A DNA stretch of 64,000 nucleotides, taken from contig JAJZYM010000002.1 of the NCBI GenBank assembly GCA_021798115.1, positions 166,687 to 230,686 of the forward strand. Direction: 5' to 3'. The translations under genes and the position numbers were made by a program. This DNA comes from Pseudomonadota bacterium. Its GTDB lineage: Bacteria; Pseudomonadota; Gammaproteobacteria; JAKAQQ01. Below the pieces are notes generated by a model. That model saw only the letters and a list, made by a program, of their open reading frames with translations, searched no databases and was not told the DNA's origin. Shown here in pieces: positions 27,724 to 36,464 of this stretch (its first letter is position 1; every line of letters starts with the position of its first letter).

Positions 27724-28356
27724 TCAGGTCACCGCGGGAGAAACGGGGGTGTGGGCCCGGAGGCCGGACGGGGGGAAACAAAGAAGATCCTGGACACGAT
27801 CGAAGTATTCGCCGCGAAGGGCCCACCATTCCATCAGAAACCAGGGCGTGAAGATTCCGGGCGTCTCCTCCACCGCCGTGTCGAGCTCGTCGGGAGCATA
27901 GTTACGGTACGCCGCAACCTCCTCGGGATGAACGACAGGAACGGTTGATGTCCGTCCCACGAAAACCCAGCACAGTTCGTGTTCCGAACCGGCGGCTCCA
28001 TACGAAGCCTGATAACGGAACTTGTAGACGTAATGGAGAGGGGTCTCGAGCCCGAGCTCTTGGCCCATGCGGCGGCGGGCGGCCTCCGCCGTCTCCTCCC
28101 CCAGACGCGGGTGGCTACAGCAAGCGTTCGACCAGTAAAGCGGCCACAGACGTTTGCCCGAGCTCCTCTGCTGGAGAAGCACCGAACCATCGTCTCGGAA
28201 AAGAAACACCGAAAAGGCACGGTGAAGAAGGCCCTCGCCGTCGTGGCAGAGTCGTTTGCTGGCGCTCCCGGTCGGCCGGTCATCCGCGTCGACCAGGATG
28301 AGAGGTTCCTCATCGTTCGAGACAGAAACGGATGCAGCGGGGCGATCAAGGAGCAC
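27724..28356 (-). CDS. idi: Isopentenyl-diphosphate delta-isomerase, type 1 (Nudix fold).
   Basis: [10 protein letters not shown]...[24 protein letters not shown]...[11 protein letters not shown]. The GTG start overlaps the upstream stop region by 11 nt. Confidence 0.9.
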   Translation of the reverse strand: MLLDRPAASVSVSNDEEPLILVDADDRPTGSASKRLCHDGEGLLHRAFSVFLFRDDGSVLLQQRSSGKRLWPLYWSNACCSHPRLGEETAEAARRRMGQELGLETPLHYVYKFRYQASYGAAGSEHELCWVFVGRTSTVPVVHPEEVAAYRNYAPDELDTAVEETPGIFTPWFLMEWWALRGEYFDRVQDLLCFPPSGLRAHTPVSPAVT

Positions 28357-30634
28357 GAACGCTCACCTCAAAGGCCTGATAGCCCGCGTCGTTCATCGCG
28401 TGAAGGATGCGTTTCGTATCCTCCGGGCAGAGCGCGATGACGGCGCCGCCGCCGCCGCCGCCGGTCAATTTGGCGCCCAGAGCGCCGTTTTCGCGCGCAA
28501 TCTGGACAAGCTCTTCAAGTTCCCATGTCGAGACACGAAGCGATGTCAGAAGCCCGTGGCAGAGGTTCATGAGCTCTCCGAGTTTGGCCAGATCACCCTC
28601 GCGCACGGCCGCCAAACCTTCTTGTGTGAGGTGGTCGATCTCATCAAAAATCCGCTCGTACAGTACCGGGTGCTTTTCCCATGAAGAACGTACCCGTGCC
28701 ACCATCTTGGCGGTCAGGCTTTCGACACGGCTCAGGGCGACAACGAACTTCAGCTCGCTGGCCGGTTCGAGAAACGTCATCGCGGGTTGAGCCTTGGCAT
28801 CGTAAAGAAGAAAACGTCCGTACGTCGCCACGGTGTTATCGATCCCGGAAGCCGTTCCGTGCGCGTTCTGCTCGCAGGCGTAGGCCAGGGTGTTGATCTG
28901 TTCGTCGTCCAGGCCGATCTTGTAATAGAGGTTGAGCGCGCGCGCGATCGATACCGCCATGGCGGCGGACCCGCCCAGCCCCATCGCCCGTGGCACCTGT
29001 GGATAGACCTCGATGCGCATCGGCTGGTCTTGAATACCCAACCGTTCGAGCAACATCAGAATCGAGTTCTGGAACGTGTCCGGATTGTCCGGCCGTCGGT
29101 GGACCCTCTGCTCGAGACTCCAGCGTGGAACGATCAAATGTACCCCTTCGTCTGCAGGCCTGATACGTGTGCGGATGGCGAGCGGAATGGGCGCACTCAA
29201 CGCGCGGCGCTTGTAAACAACGGCGTGTTCCCCGAGAAGAATGATCTTCCCGTGGCCCACCCCCCAGGGACCGTCGTTCGTTTCAGCGCGCACAGGCGTT
29301 TTCTCGACATGCTGGGAACGTATCTCCCGGAGCACCTCCTGAGCTTTCCATACCTTGATCTCCCCGCTTTCAATCAGTTGTTCGACCACCCGATCAAAGA
29401 CATCCGGCGTGGCACCAGCGGCCGCGGCGACGGTACGGGCGTGAAGCGTCATGTGGCCACGCTGGATGCCGTCGGTCACCAGAGCACGCAGCGCGGAAAA
29501 ATTCTGGGCGAGGCCCACCGCCCCCATGACTTCCGCAAGTTCCGTGGCCGAGCGAACACCCATCATTCTCAGGTTGACGGCGACCGTGGGGTTGGACTGC
29601 AAGGGACCACCCACGATCCCGACCTTGAGGGGGAGGGAAATCTGCCCAACGAGATCCCCCTGCTCGTTGCGGGTCCAGCGTGTCAAGGAACGGTAACGTC
29701 CGTCTCGGGCGGCGTAGGCGTGCGCGGCCGCCTCGATCGCCCGCCAGTCGTTGCCGGTCGCCAGCGCGACGGCGTCGATACCGTTCATGATCCCTTTGTT
29801 GTGTGTGGCCGCCCGATAAGGATCCACCAGCGCAAGATCCGTGGCCTGAACGATCCCGTCACAGACTTCCTGCCCGTCGTAGACCTGCTTGCCCAGCATG
29901 CGGGCCGGAATGGTGCAGGTGGCCGTCACCATGGCCCGATCGGTCAAATTGGAAAGAATACGAAGAAGAGCACGCCCCCCGGTGATGTTTTCGACAAGCG
30001 TCGCGATGCCTTCACACATCGTGTTGACCAGATTCGCGCCCATCGCGTCGCGCGTGTCGACGAGAAGATGTAGAACAAGCATATCGCGACCGGTCGAGGG
30101 TGCCACATGGCTGTGCACCTCGATATCGCGCGCCCCTCCCCCACGCGCCAGCATCTTCGGATGGATGCTGTTGGCCAACGCGAGAATCTCATCCTTGCGC
30201 TGGAGCAGTGCCGCTCGGGCCTCGGCAGGGTGCGGGACGTCAAGAACCTGGATTTGCCCGATCAGGATGGGATCGGTGGAGACACTGCGGAAGCCACCCG
30301 CAGCGCGCACGAGTTTCGCGGCCGAGCAGAGCGCGGCCACAATCGAAGGCTCCTCAACAACCAGCGGGACGACATAATCGCGGCCGTTCACGAAAAAGTT
30401 GAGACCGAGACCTACGGGAAGACCCATGACCGCGATCACGTTCTCGATCATCTTGTCCGCGTGGTGCAGACGAAGGGTGTGCTTGCCGACGGTCAGGAGA
30501 CGGTAATCATCCTCGTCGATAAACCCACGTTCGTGGATGGCCCGCACCCGCTCGGTCACGCTGAGCTTATGAAAGTTCGGTATACGCGAACGCTCCATGA
30601 CAAGCCCCTTCGAAGCCGTAAGGTTGTTCGTCAC
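28346..30634 (-). CDS. mvaA-mvk: Bifunctional fusion of class II HMG-CoA reductase (aa ~1-440) and mevalonate kinase (aa ~456-762).
   Basis: The HMGR part has ENVIAVMGLPVG, VVPLVVEEPSIVAA, DAMGANLVNTMCEG and THNKGIMNGIDAVALATGNDWRA. After the linker QHVEKTPVRAETND, the MVK part has HGKIILLGEHAVVY, GLGGSAAMAVS and KLTGGGGGGAVIAL. This is one uninterrupted 762-aa ORF. Confidence 0.9.
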   Translation of the reverse strand: MTNNLTASKGLVMERSRIPNFHKLSVTERVRAIHERGFIDEDDYRLLTVGKHTLRLHHADKMIENVIAVMGLPVGLGLNFFVNGRDYVVPLVVEEPSIVAALCSAAKLVRAAGGFRSVSTDPILIGQIQVLDVPHPAEARAALLQRKDEILALANSIHPKMLARGGGARDIEVHSHVAPSTGRDMLVLHLLVDTRDAMGANLVNTMCEGIATLVENITGGRALLRILSNLTDRAMVTATCTIPARMLGKQVYDGQEVCDGIVQATDLALVDPYRAATHNKGIMNGIDAVALATGNDWRAIEAAAHAYAARDGRYRSLTRWTRNEQGDLVGQISLPLKVGIVGGPLQSNPTVAVNLRMMGVRSATELAEVMGAVGLAQNFSALRALVTDGIQRGHMTLHARTVAAAAGATPDVFDRVVEQLIESGEIKVWKAQEVLREIRSQHVEKTPVRAETNDGPWGVGHGKIILLGEHAVVYKRRALSAPIPLAIRTRIRPADEGVHLIVPRWSLEQRVHRRPDNPDTFQNSILMLLERLGIQDQPMRIEVYPQVPRAMGLGGSAAMAVSIARALNLYYKIGLDDEQINTLAYACEQNAHGTASGIDNTVATYGRFLLYDAKAQPAMTFLEPASELKFVVALSRVESLTAKMVARVRSSWEKHPVLYERIFDEIDHLTQEGLAAVREGDLAKLGELMNLCHGLLTSLRVSTWELEELVQIARENGALGAKLTGGGGGGAVIALCPEDTKRILHAMNDAGYQAFEVSVRAP

Positions 30635-30756
30635 CGCCCCGTTCGTTCAGGATTGCGTACGGACAACCGTCGGTTCATTATAAACCGTTCAGGACTTGAA
30701 ACCCCGCGGGGCCGTCCTTGGTCTCTCTATCTCGGGCCACACCTTTCGAGCTCCGT

Positions 30757-31842
30757 TCAGGGGGATTCCATGGAAGGTGCCCGTCGCCGTGACCAGAACC
30801 GACGTCCTTCCGCCCACTGCCAGGAAAGCAGCGCAAAGCCGCCGTAGACGATTTCACGCAGGCGCTTGAGCACCGAAACCGCAAGCATGAGGTCGGCCGG
30901 GAGTCCGAGCACCCCGCCAAGGAAGACGAGGCCCATTTCCTGGATGCCCAAAGCCCCGGGAACGAAGAACCCCCCCGTTCGCAAGGCCTGAACGCCGGCC
31001 TCAAGAATCATCGCATCGAGAGGGTCGACTGGACGTCCCATGAGACGGAGTGCAATCCACACTTCTCCCGCGCCCACCAGAAGACCGGCGATCTGGCCGG
31101 CAAAGCACCACAGAAGTGCTGCACCACGGCGATAGATCGCACGAATGTCCCGATCGATCTCCGCGGCCGTATCTCCGTTCTTGCCGGCGAGCACCTCAAG
31201 CCCCGTAAGACGCCGAAGAGCCCGTCCGCAGAAACCGACCAACCCTCCGTGCTGGAAAAGAACAAAAATCCCCACAATGGCCAGCGCCACGGCCACCGCT
31301 GGCAAGGCGTGGACGAAGAGCGAGCCTCGGCCGACAAAGACGGCAAGCAGCACGAACCCGAAGAGCGCGAGCACAATCTGGCTCAAGAGAGTCACAGTGA
31401 CTTCCACCACCACCGTCGCTGTCGCAAACGCAAGAGGCAGGCCTCGGCGTGTCACGAGATGCACACCGGCAACCTCTCCCCCGATGCGCACGACCGGAAG
31501 GACAGACCCGACAGCCTCGCGAATCGACGCAACCCAGAAAAGGTAGGGGACAGATGCCGCTTCGGGATATTCCGGCCGGAGCCGGATGAGCGAACGCCAC
31601 CCTAAAGCATCAAGGGTCAGCGGAAGTGCATGATAGGGAACAAGCCAAAAAGCCCCCAGGCCGGCCGCGGCCAAAGCGGCCACGACGGCCTCGCCGGCAT
31701 GTCGGGCGAAAACGAGGAAAGCCGCTGCCAGAAGAGCGAGCCCCCCGAGGTAGAGAGCAAAGGAGCCCCATACACGGCGAGGACTCGCGCGAGGAGACAG
31801 GTCGGCTTGGGAGCCCGACGAGGAAACGGCCGCATCAAGCAT
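30757..31842 (-). CDS. hpnL: Flippase-like / UPF0104 membrane protein, HpnL-like (copy 2).
   Basis: It is polytopic with the same architecture as 10552-11628. It starts 2 nt after the hpnN stop. Confidence 0.7.
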   Translation of the reverse strand: MLDAAVSSSGSQADLSPRASPRRVWGSFALYLGGLALLAAAFLVFARHAGEAVVAALAAAGLGAFWLVPYHALPLTLDALGWRSLIRLRPEYPEAASVPYLFWVASIREAVGSVLPVVRIGGEVAGVHLVTRRGLPLAFATATVVVEVTVTLLSQIVLALFGFVLLAVFVGRGSLFVHALPAVAVALAIVGIFVLFQHGGLVGFCGRALRRLTGLEVLAGKNGDTAAEIDRDIRAIYRRGAALLWCFAGQIAGLLVGAGEVWIALRLMGRPVDPLDAMILEAGVQALRTGGFFVPGALGIQEMGLVFLGGVLGLPADLMLAVSVLKRLREIVYGGFALLSWQWAEGRRFWSRRRAPSMESP

Positions 31843-31844
31843 CT

Positions 31845-34511
31845 CTACCCTGCACCCTGCATTTTCATCTTGCCGGGATTGTGCGCCACCAGCGTCAACA
31901 GAGACGGCAACACAACCAGTGTACTCACAAGAACCCAGGCCAGAGCGATCACGAGCGCCTGGCCCAGGCTGCTCACGCCGGGATCGGCCGCCAACATAAG
32001 ACTGCCGAAGGTCCCCAGGGTCGTGACTCCACTGTAGAGCACGCCCCGCGGTGTGCTGCTTCGAAGCACATTTTCAACCGGGATGCCGTCACGCCAGCGG
32101 AGAATGAAATAGATGCCGTAGGCCAGCGACAGACCCAAAAGCAGGGGGAGCACGATGATATTGGCCAGATTGTACGATAGATGCAGGACGGCCATGCTCG
32201 CCGTCGTGAGCACGACGGTGATGACGGTGGTGCCGAGAATCAGACCGACGTCCCGCCAGCGGCGGAGCACGAGATAAAGAAGTGCGGCCGTCAGCACGAG
32301 AGCGATCAAGGACGCCTCGACGAAGGCGTCGAGCACGGTCTCTCCACCCGCGACGAGCATCACCGGAGTGCCGACGGCGTTCGGGGCCAGGCGACGAACC
32401 TGGCGAACGAATCGCTGCAGAGCCGTCTCGCGGGCCAGATCGAGTCGGGAAAAGATTTCCAGGCGGTAGATTCGCCCGGGGGCTCGAAACAAGCGGACTA
32501 CGGTGTGCGGAAGTGTCGCCGCCGTGACCGCGGGAGGACGCAACGCATGGCTCAGGAAATCAAGATTCGAAACCAATCCCCCAAGAAGAGTGTGTTGCAA
32601 GCGGCTGAGCGCCGTGGACCCGCGGTCGCGAAGCAAGCGACTCAGGGAGGACGCAAAGCGCCGAAGGGCGGAGCGAAGGCGGGGATTGTGGACCGACGCC
32701 TTCGTGAGATCCTTGAACACCGCGGCGTCCCTCTTTAATCGCGCCACGGCATCGACGGGAAGGCTGAGATAACGCTTTCGATCGGGACGCAGGGTGAACG
32801 GGGGGAGAATCAAGCGCAGACGCCGCAGGAGAGCCTGTTTGCGCCGCTGGTTTCGCGGGATCAGGGTGCGGAGGCTGACGACACGACCCACGCTCGACAA
32901 TCGGGCGAGACGATCAGCCATGAGGCGGGCACGACGACGGCCGCGCACGAGAAGATTGATACTGTACGGCGAGTAACGGCTCCGCGCCGCAAGACGATCG
33001 AGTGTGCGGACGGCGGGGGCCTGCGGGTTCATGAGGTGAAGAGGGTTGAAATCGAAACGCGTCCGGAGAGCCAACGGTACAGCGGCAACGGCCAAAAGCA
33101 CAGCCATCACCAAAACGGGTCGAGCCCAGGTGCGAATCAAGGACGCGTAGCGCGCCGCCAGCCGGTGGGCGGACGGCGGAAAGCGGTGCGCTCGACCGAA
33201 AAGGCGGATCCAGACCGGCATCAGGGTGATATAGGCGAAAACGGCAACAAACATGCTCGTTCCCGCAACCAAACCCAGATCAATGATGCCCGTGTAATCC
33301 GTGGGCAGGAACGAATAAAAACTGATGGCCGCCGCCGACGCAGCCAGCGCAAGCGGCCACGTCAGACCCCGGGCCGTACGGGTGAGCGCCCGGGTTGTGT
33401 CGGCTTGTGCGTGGTATTCCTCAAGATACCGAACACCGTACTGCACACCGAAATCGACGCCCAAACCAACGAAGAGGACGGAGAAAGCCACTGAAATGAG
33501 GTTGAACGGCCCGAAAGCGAGGGTGGCCAAGGCCGTCGTCCAGGCCAGCCCCACGACGAGAGTCAAGAGAATCGCCGCAGTCATGCGGACACTGCGCACG
33601 GCCAGAGCCACAAGGACGAGAATGATCAGGAACGAGACCACCAGGGCCCCCCCGAGACCTTGGCGCACGGTCACAAGCTGCTCGTCGGCGAGCACCGCTC
33701 CACCGGTCCAGCCCACGCGGATCCCGTGCGCCGGGTCGATCCCAAGCTCGGGGAGAACACGGCGAAGCCGCTCCAGCGCCGCATGGTACGGGCGAAGTTT
33801 CTGGGATTGCGCCCGAGGACGAACCGTTACGATCGTTCGTGGGACACGCGCCCTTCGGGCGAGCCTGCCCGGCATCAGGATCCGCGCCCAGTCGAGGCGT
33901 ACGGGCCGATGTCTGCGGAAACGACCGAAGGAGCGGGTGAGCGCGTGGAGAACCGGTGGGAGGAGACGGTCCTTGAGACGGTGGAGTCCGTGATGCTCGA
34001 TCGCCGTTTTGAGAAGTCCCGTCAACCCCGTAAGCGTGGGCCGGCGGGCCAGGCGGCCCAGGAGCGGGCCGGCACGTGTCAGGCGCCTCGCAAAATGTCT
34101 CAACTCGGGAAGGGACAGATAGAGGAGCGCCGCACGATGAAAGAACGGATCGACCTCCGGGTCGAGAGGATCCTGGTACTCGTGCGGGTGCTGACGAAGC
34201 CACACAAGGAGCTTCCGTGCGGCCCGATCGACGGCGTGACGCGTCGGTCCGTGGAGCACAAGAACGACCGCGTTGTGCCGTTGGGGGAAAAGCTTCTCGA
34301 AACGGCGGTTGAGAACGTGAAAACGAAGCTCTTTCGAGAGAAGATTGCTCGTCCGCGTATCGATTCCCGCTCGCGTGGCGATCACGTAACCGGAACCCGC
34401 CGTGAGCAGAAGGGTCGCGAGAAGGATCCAAGGTGCACGGCGGGCGGTCCACGTCTGATAAGTCGCCAGCGCGGAAATCCCGCGGGAAAGAAAACGATCC
34501 CATCGCGTCAT
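31845..34511 (-). CDS. hpnN: RND/MMPL-type hopanoid transporter HpnN-like (copy 2).
   Basis: The protein is 888 aa from MTRWDRFLSRGISA. This ATG forms an ATGA overlap with the mvaD stop. The RND blocks are as for copy 1, and the gene is embedded in the hpn cluster. Confidence 0.85.
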   Translation of the reverse strand: MTRWDRFLSRGISALATYQTWTARRAPWILLATLLLTAGSGYVIATRAGIDTRTSNLLSKELRFHVLNRRFEKLFPQRHNAVVLVLHGPTRHAVDRAARKLLVWLRQHPHEYQDPLDPEVDPFFHRAALLYLSLPELRHFARRLTRAGPLLGRLARRPTLTGLTGLLKTAIEHHGLHRLKDRLLPPVLHALTRSFGRFRRHRPVRLDWARILMPGRLARRARVPRTIVTVRPRAQSQKLRPYHAALERLRRVLPELGIDPAHGIRVGWTGGAVLADEQLVTVRQGLGGALVVSFLIILVLVALAVRSVRMTAAILLTLVVGLAWTTALATLAFGPFNLISVAFSVLFVGLGVDFGVQYGVRYLEEYHAQADTTRALTRTARGLTWPLALAASAAAISFYSFLPTDYTGIIDLGLVAGTSMFVAVFAYITLMPVWIRLFGRAHRFPPSAHRLAARYASLIRTWARPVLVMAVLLAVAAVPLALRTRFDFNPLHLMNPQAPAVRTLDRLAARSRYSPYSINLLVRGRRRARLMADRLARLSSVGRVVSLRTLIPRNQRRKQALLRRLRLILPPFTLRPDRKRYLSLPVDAVARLKRDAAVFKDLTKASVHNPRLRSALRRFASSLSRLLRDRGSTALSRLQHTLLGGLVSNLDFLSHALRPPAVTAATLPHTVVRLFRAPGRIYRLEIFSRLDLARETALQRFVRQVRRLAPNAVGTPVMLVAGGETVLDAFVEASLIALVLTAALLYLVLRRWRDVGLILGTTVITVVLTTASMAVLHLSYNLANIIVLPLLLGLSLAYGIYFILRWRDGIPVENVLRSSTPRGVLYSGVTTLGTFGSLMLAADPGVSSLGQALVIALAWVLVSTLVVLPSLLTLVAHNPGKMKMQGAG

Positions 34512-35578
34512 GGATTCGTTTCCCGCCATGCATCCCGCCCCCCGGCGCAGGGCTCCTCGGGCGGGAGGAGACGAGCCCCCTCCCCGAGCCGGCAGACAAT
34601 CAGGCGACGCACGCCTGCCACGCTCAAGAGCCGCTCTCGAACAGCCGCGAGCGCCTCGTTCGTGCAGACGGCCTTGACCTGCGGCCCGGCGTCCACGGTG
34701 AAGAACACCTCGTGGCCGCTCCGTCGAAGAGCCACAATTTCGTGCAGCGCCTCGACCGTTGCCCCGCGCCAATAAAGAAGACCCGGGCGGGCGGACATCG
34801 CGAGCGCGTGCATCTTGAGGCAGCTGGCTTCGGACACCGCGGCGAGACGTGAAAAATCATGATGGCGAATGGCCTCACGCGCCTCATCGAGATCCGCGGG
34901 ATGGCTGGAGACCCAGGCCGTGGCGTACGGAGAGGTCGCAAAGCTTCGACGCATACCCTCCCCGGAACCGATTTCTTTTTCCTCCTCGCGGATCACGGCG
35001 ACCACGACGTTGAGCGGCCAATCCGTGGGGGACAGAAGTGGACGGGCTACAGCATCACTCCCGTCCGGACTCTGGCCCGTCGACATTTCGACAAACCCGC
35101 CGTAGAGCGAGCGGGGGGCCGAACCGGAGGCCTCACGGGCGAGACAGGAGCGCTCGTTTTCCGAGAGACGAAGTCCGAGGGCGGCCTCCGCGGCGACGAG
35201 GAGCGCGGCGAAGCCCGAAGCGGAGGAAGCGAGCCCCGCACCCGTCGGAAAATCGTTGACACTCTCGACTTCCGCCGCACCCGCATCGGGAACGTAACGG
35301 CGAAGACGGTCGAGAAGCGCTCGAACACGGCGGCGTGTGTTGACGTCGGCCTCCGCTCTTCCGAGCCGGATCCGGTCGTCGCCACCGGATCCCGTGAAAT
35401 GCACGCACGTCTGTGTCGCCATCCCATTGAGCGTCATCGAAATCGACCCGACGGCGGGACGGTTGCCCTCCCCGTCTTTTTTCCCCCAGTACTTGACGAG
35501 CGCAATGTTCGGATGCGCCACTGCGCAGGCTTGTCCGAACGTGCCGTCGGCGCGGGAGGATCGAGGGGAGTACGTCAT
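34508..35578 (-). CDS. mvaD: Diphosphomevalonate decarboxylase.
   Basis: PNIALVKYWGKKD, NDFPTGAGLASSASGFAALL, SGSAPRSLYGGF. Start chosen at MTYSPRS (35578). Confidence 0.9.
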   Translation of the reverse strand: MTYSPRSSRADGTFGQACAVAHPNIALVKYWGKKDGEGNRPAVGSISMTLNGMATQTCVHFTGSGGDDRIRLGRAEADVNTRRRVRALLDRLRRYVPDAGAAEVESVNDFPTGAGLASSASGFAALLVAAEAALGLRLSENERSCLAREASGSAPRSLYGGFVEMSTGQSPDGSDAVARPLLSPTDWPLNVVVAVIREEEKEIGSGEGMRRSFATSPYATAWVSSHPADLDEAREAIRHHDFSRLAAVSEASCLKMHALAMSARPGLLYWRGATVEALHEIVALRRSGHEVFFTVDAGPQVKAVCTNEALAAVRERLLSVAGVRRLIVCRLGEGARLLPPEEPCAGGRDAWRETNP

Positions 35579-35726
35579 GGATGAAAGTCGAGGCAACCGT
35601 CTTGGGGATCCCAGGCGGAGAAGTTTGACTAGAACCTTTGATTCTATCAGAGCAGCTTTGGGCGATCGGGTCAAAAGTGGTGACTTGCGTGTCTTGCCAT
35701 GCCAGGACGCGCTGTCGGTTGGAGTT

Positions 35727-36464
35727 TTAGAACGGGAGAAACGGCCCCGAATCGCTCAGGCAACGCGCGGACCGCGCCAGGGCGTCGAAGGCTTTTTTCT
35801 GACTGTGGGCCAGCATCCAGAGTCTCCGCGGCGACACACCCATGACAGCCGTGAGCCGCTGCCACAAGGGAGCATCCCACCGTCCCCACGGATCGAGAAG
35901 GCGGGTCAACGAGGAGGGGATTTCGTCGTCACGGCGATCAAGGACGGCGCGAAGGACACCCCACGGGACGCCGTGTTCCCTGGCCGCTCGGGCGATCGCG
36001 CAACTCTCCATATCGACGACGGCTCCGGGCCAGCGCCGGTCCCAGGCGCGCTTGTCTTCGACCCCGAGAACACGCGCCGAACCCACCAGAACGTGGGCCG
36101 AAGAGACGTGCGGGAGTGCCGTAAGTCGTTGCCTGAGGGCCGCATGCATCCCACTGTCCGCCTCGAATTCTTCTCCGCTCTCGGCGTCCACGAGGAGAGA
36201 GGGAAGAACCAGAGATCCCGGAACAAGACCGGGGCTGAGGGCCCCGCAGTATCCGAATGAAAGCAGTGCGTCGCAACCGGCCTTGAGAAGGCTCTCGGCG
36301 GCTGCCCCGGCCCGCGCAGCTCCCATGCCAGAGACCCACAGGCGTAGGTTCGGGCGCAGGATGATCTCACGGTCCAGAGAGGGACGTTTGAGGCCGAATA
36401 CCCGGGCTTCATCGGCGAGGGCGCAGACAACCCCGAGGCGCAGCGGGTCGTTCAAACGACGCAA
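35727..36464 (-). CDS. hpnG: Hopanoid-associated phosphorylase HpnG (PNP/MTAN family).
   Basis: LGVVCALADEAR...SGMGAARA...LLSFGYCGAL...VVDMESCAIA, immediately downstream of shc. Confidence 0.8.
   Translation of the reverse strand: MRRLNDPLRLGVVCALADEARVFGLKRPSLDREIILRPNLRLWVSGMGAARAGAAAESLLKAGCDALLSFGYCGALSPGLVPGSLVLPSLLVDAESGEEFEADSGMHAALRQRLTALPHVSSAHVLVGSARVLGVEDKRAWDRRWPGAVVDMESCAIARAAREHGVPWGVLRAVLDRRDDEIPSSLTRLLDPWGRWDAPLWQRLTAVMGVSPRRLWMLAHSQKKAFDALARSARCLSDSGPFLPF

Noticed and set aside
28787-30073. A 428-aa plus-strand ORF.
   Set aside because: It is antisense to the HMGR::MVK fusion and has no recognisable motif.
34512-34772. Long N-terminal extensions of tracked ORFs: hpnN2 to 34772, shc to 38710, ftsK to 59186, sdhA to 48221, lysS to 62726, hpnJ from 41650, hpnH to 27829 and mvaD to 35674.
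   Set aside because: The extensions overlap the upstream gene, are Arg-rich low-complexity sequence and precede conserved N-termini. Internal ATG/GTG starts that form ATGA or GTGA overlaps, or sit just after the upstream stop, were preferred.
33421-34775. Overlapping ORFs of 392 aa (minus) and 371 aa (plus) inside hpnN copy 2.
   Set aside because: They are alternative-frame or antisense products of the RND gene, extremely Arg/Pro/Gly/Ser-rich with no TM pattern or motif.
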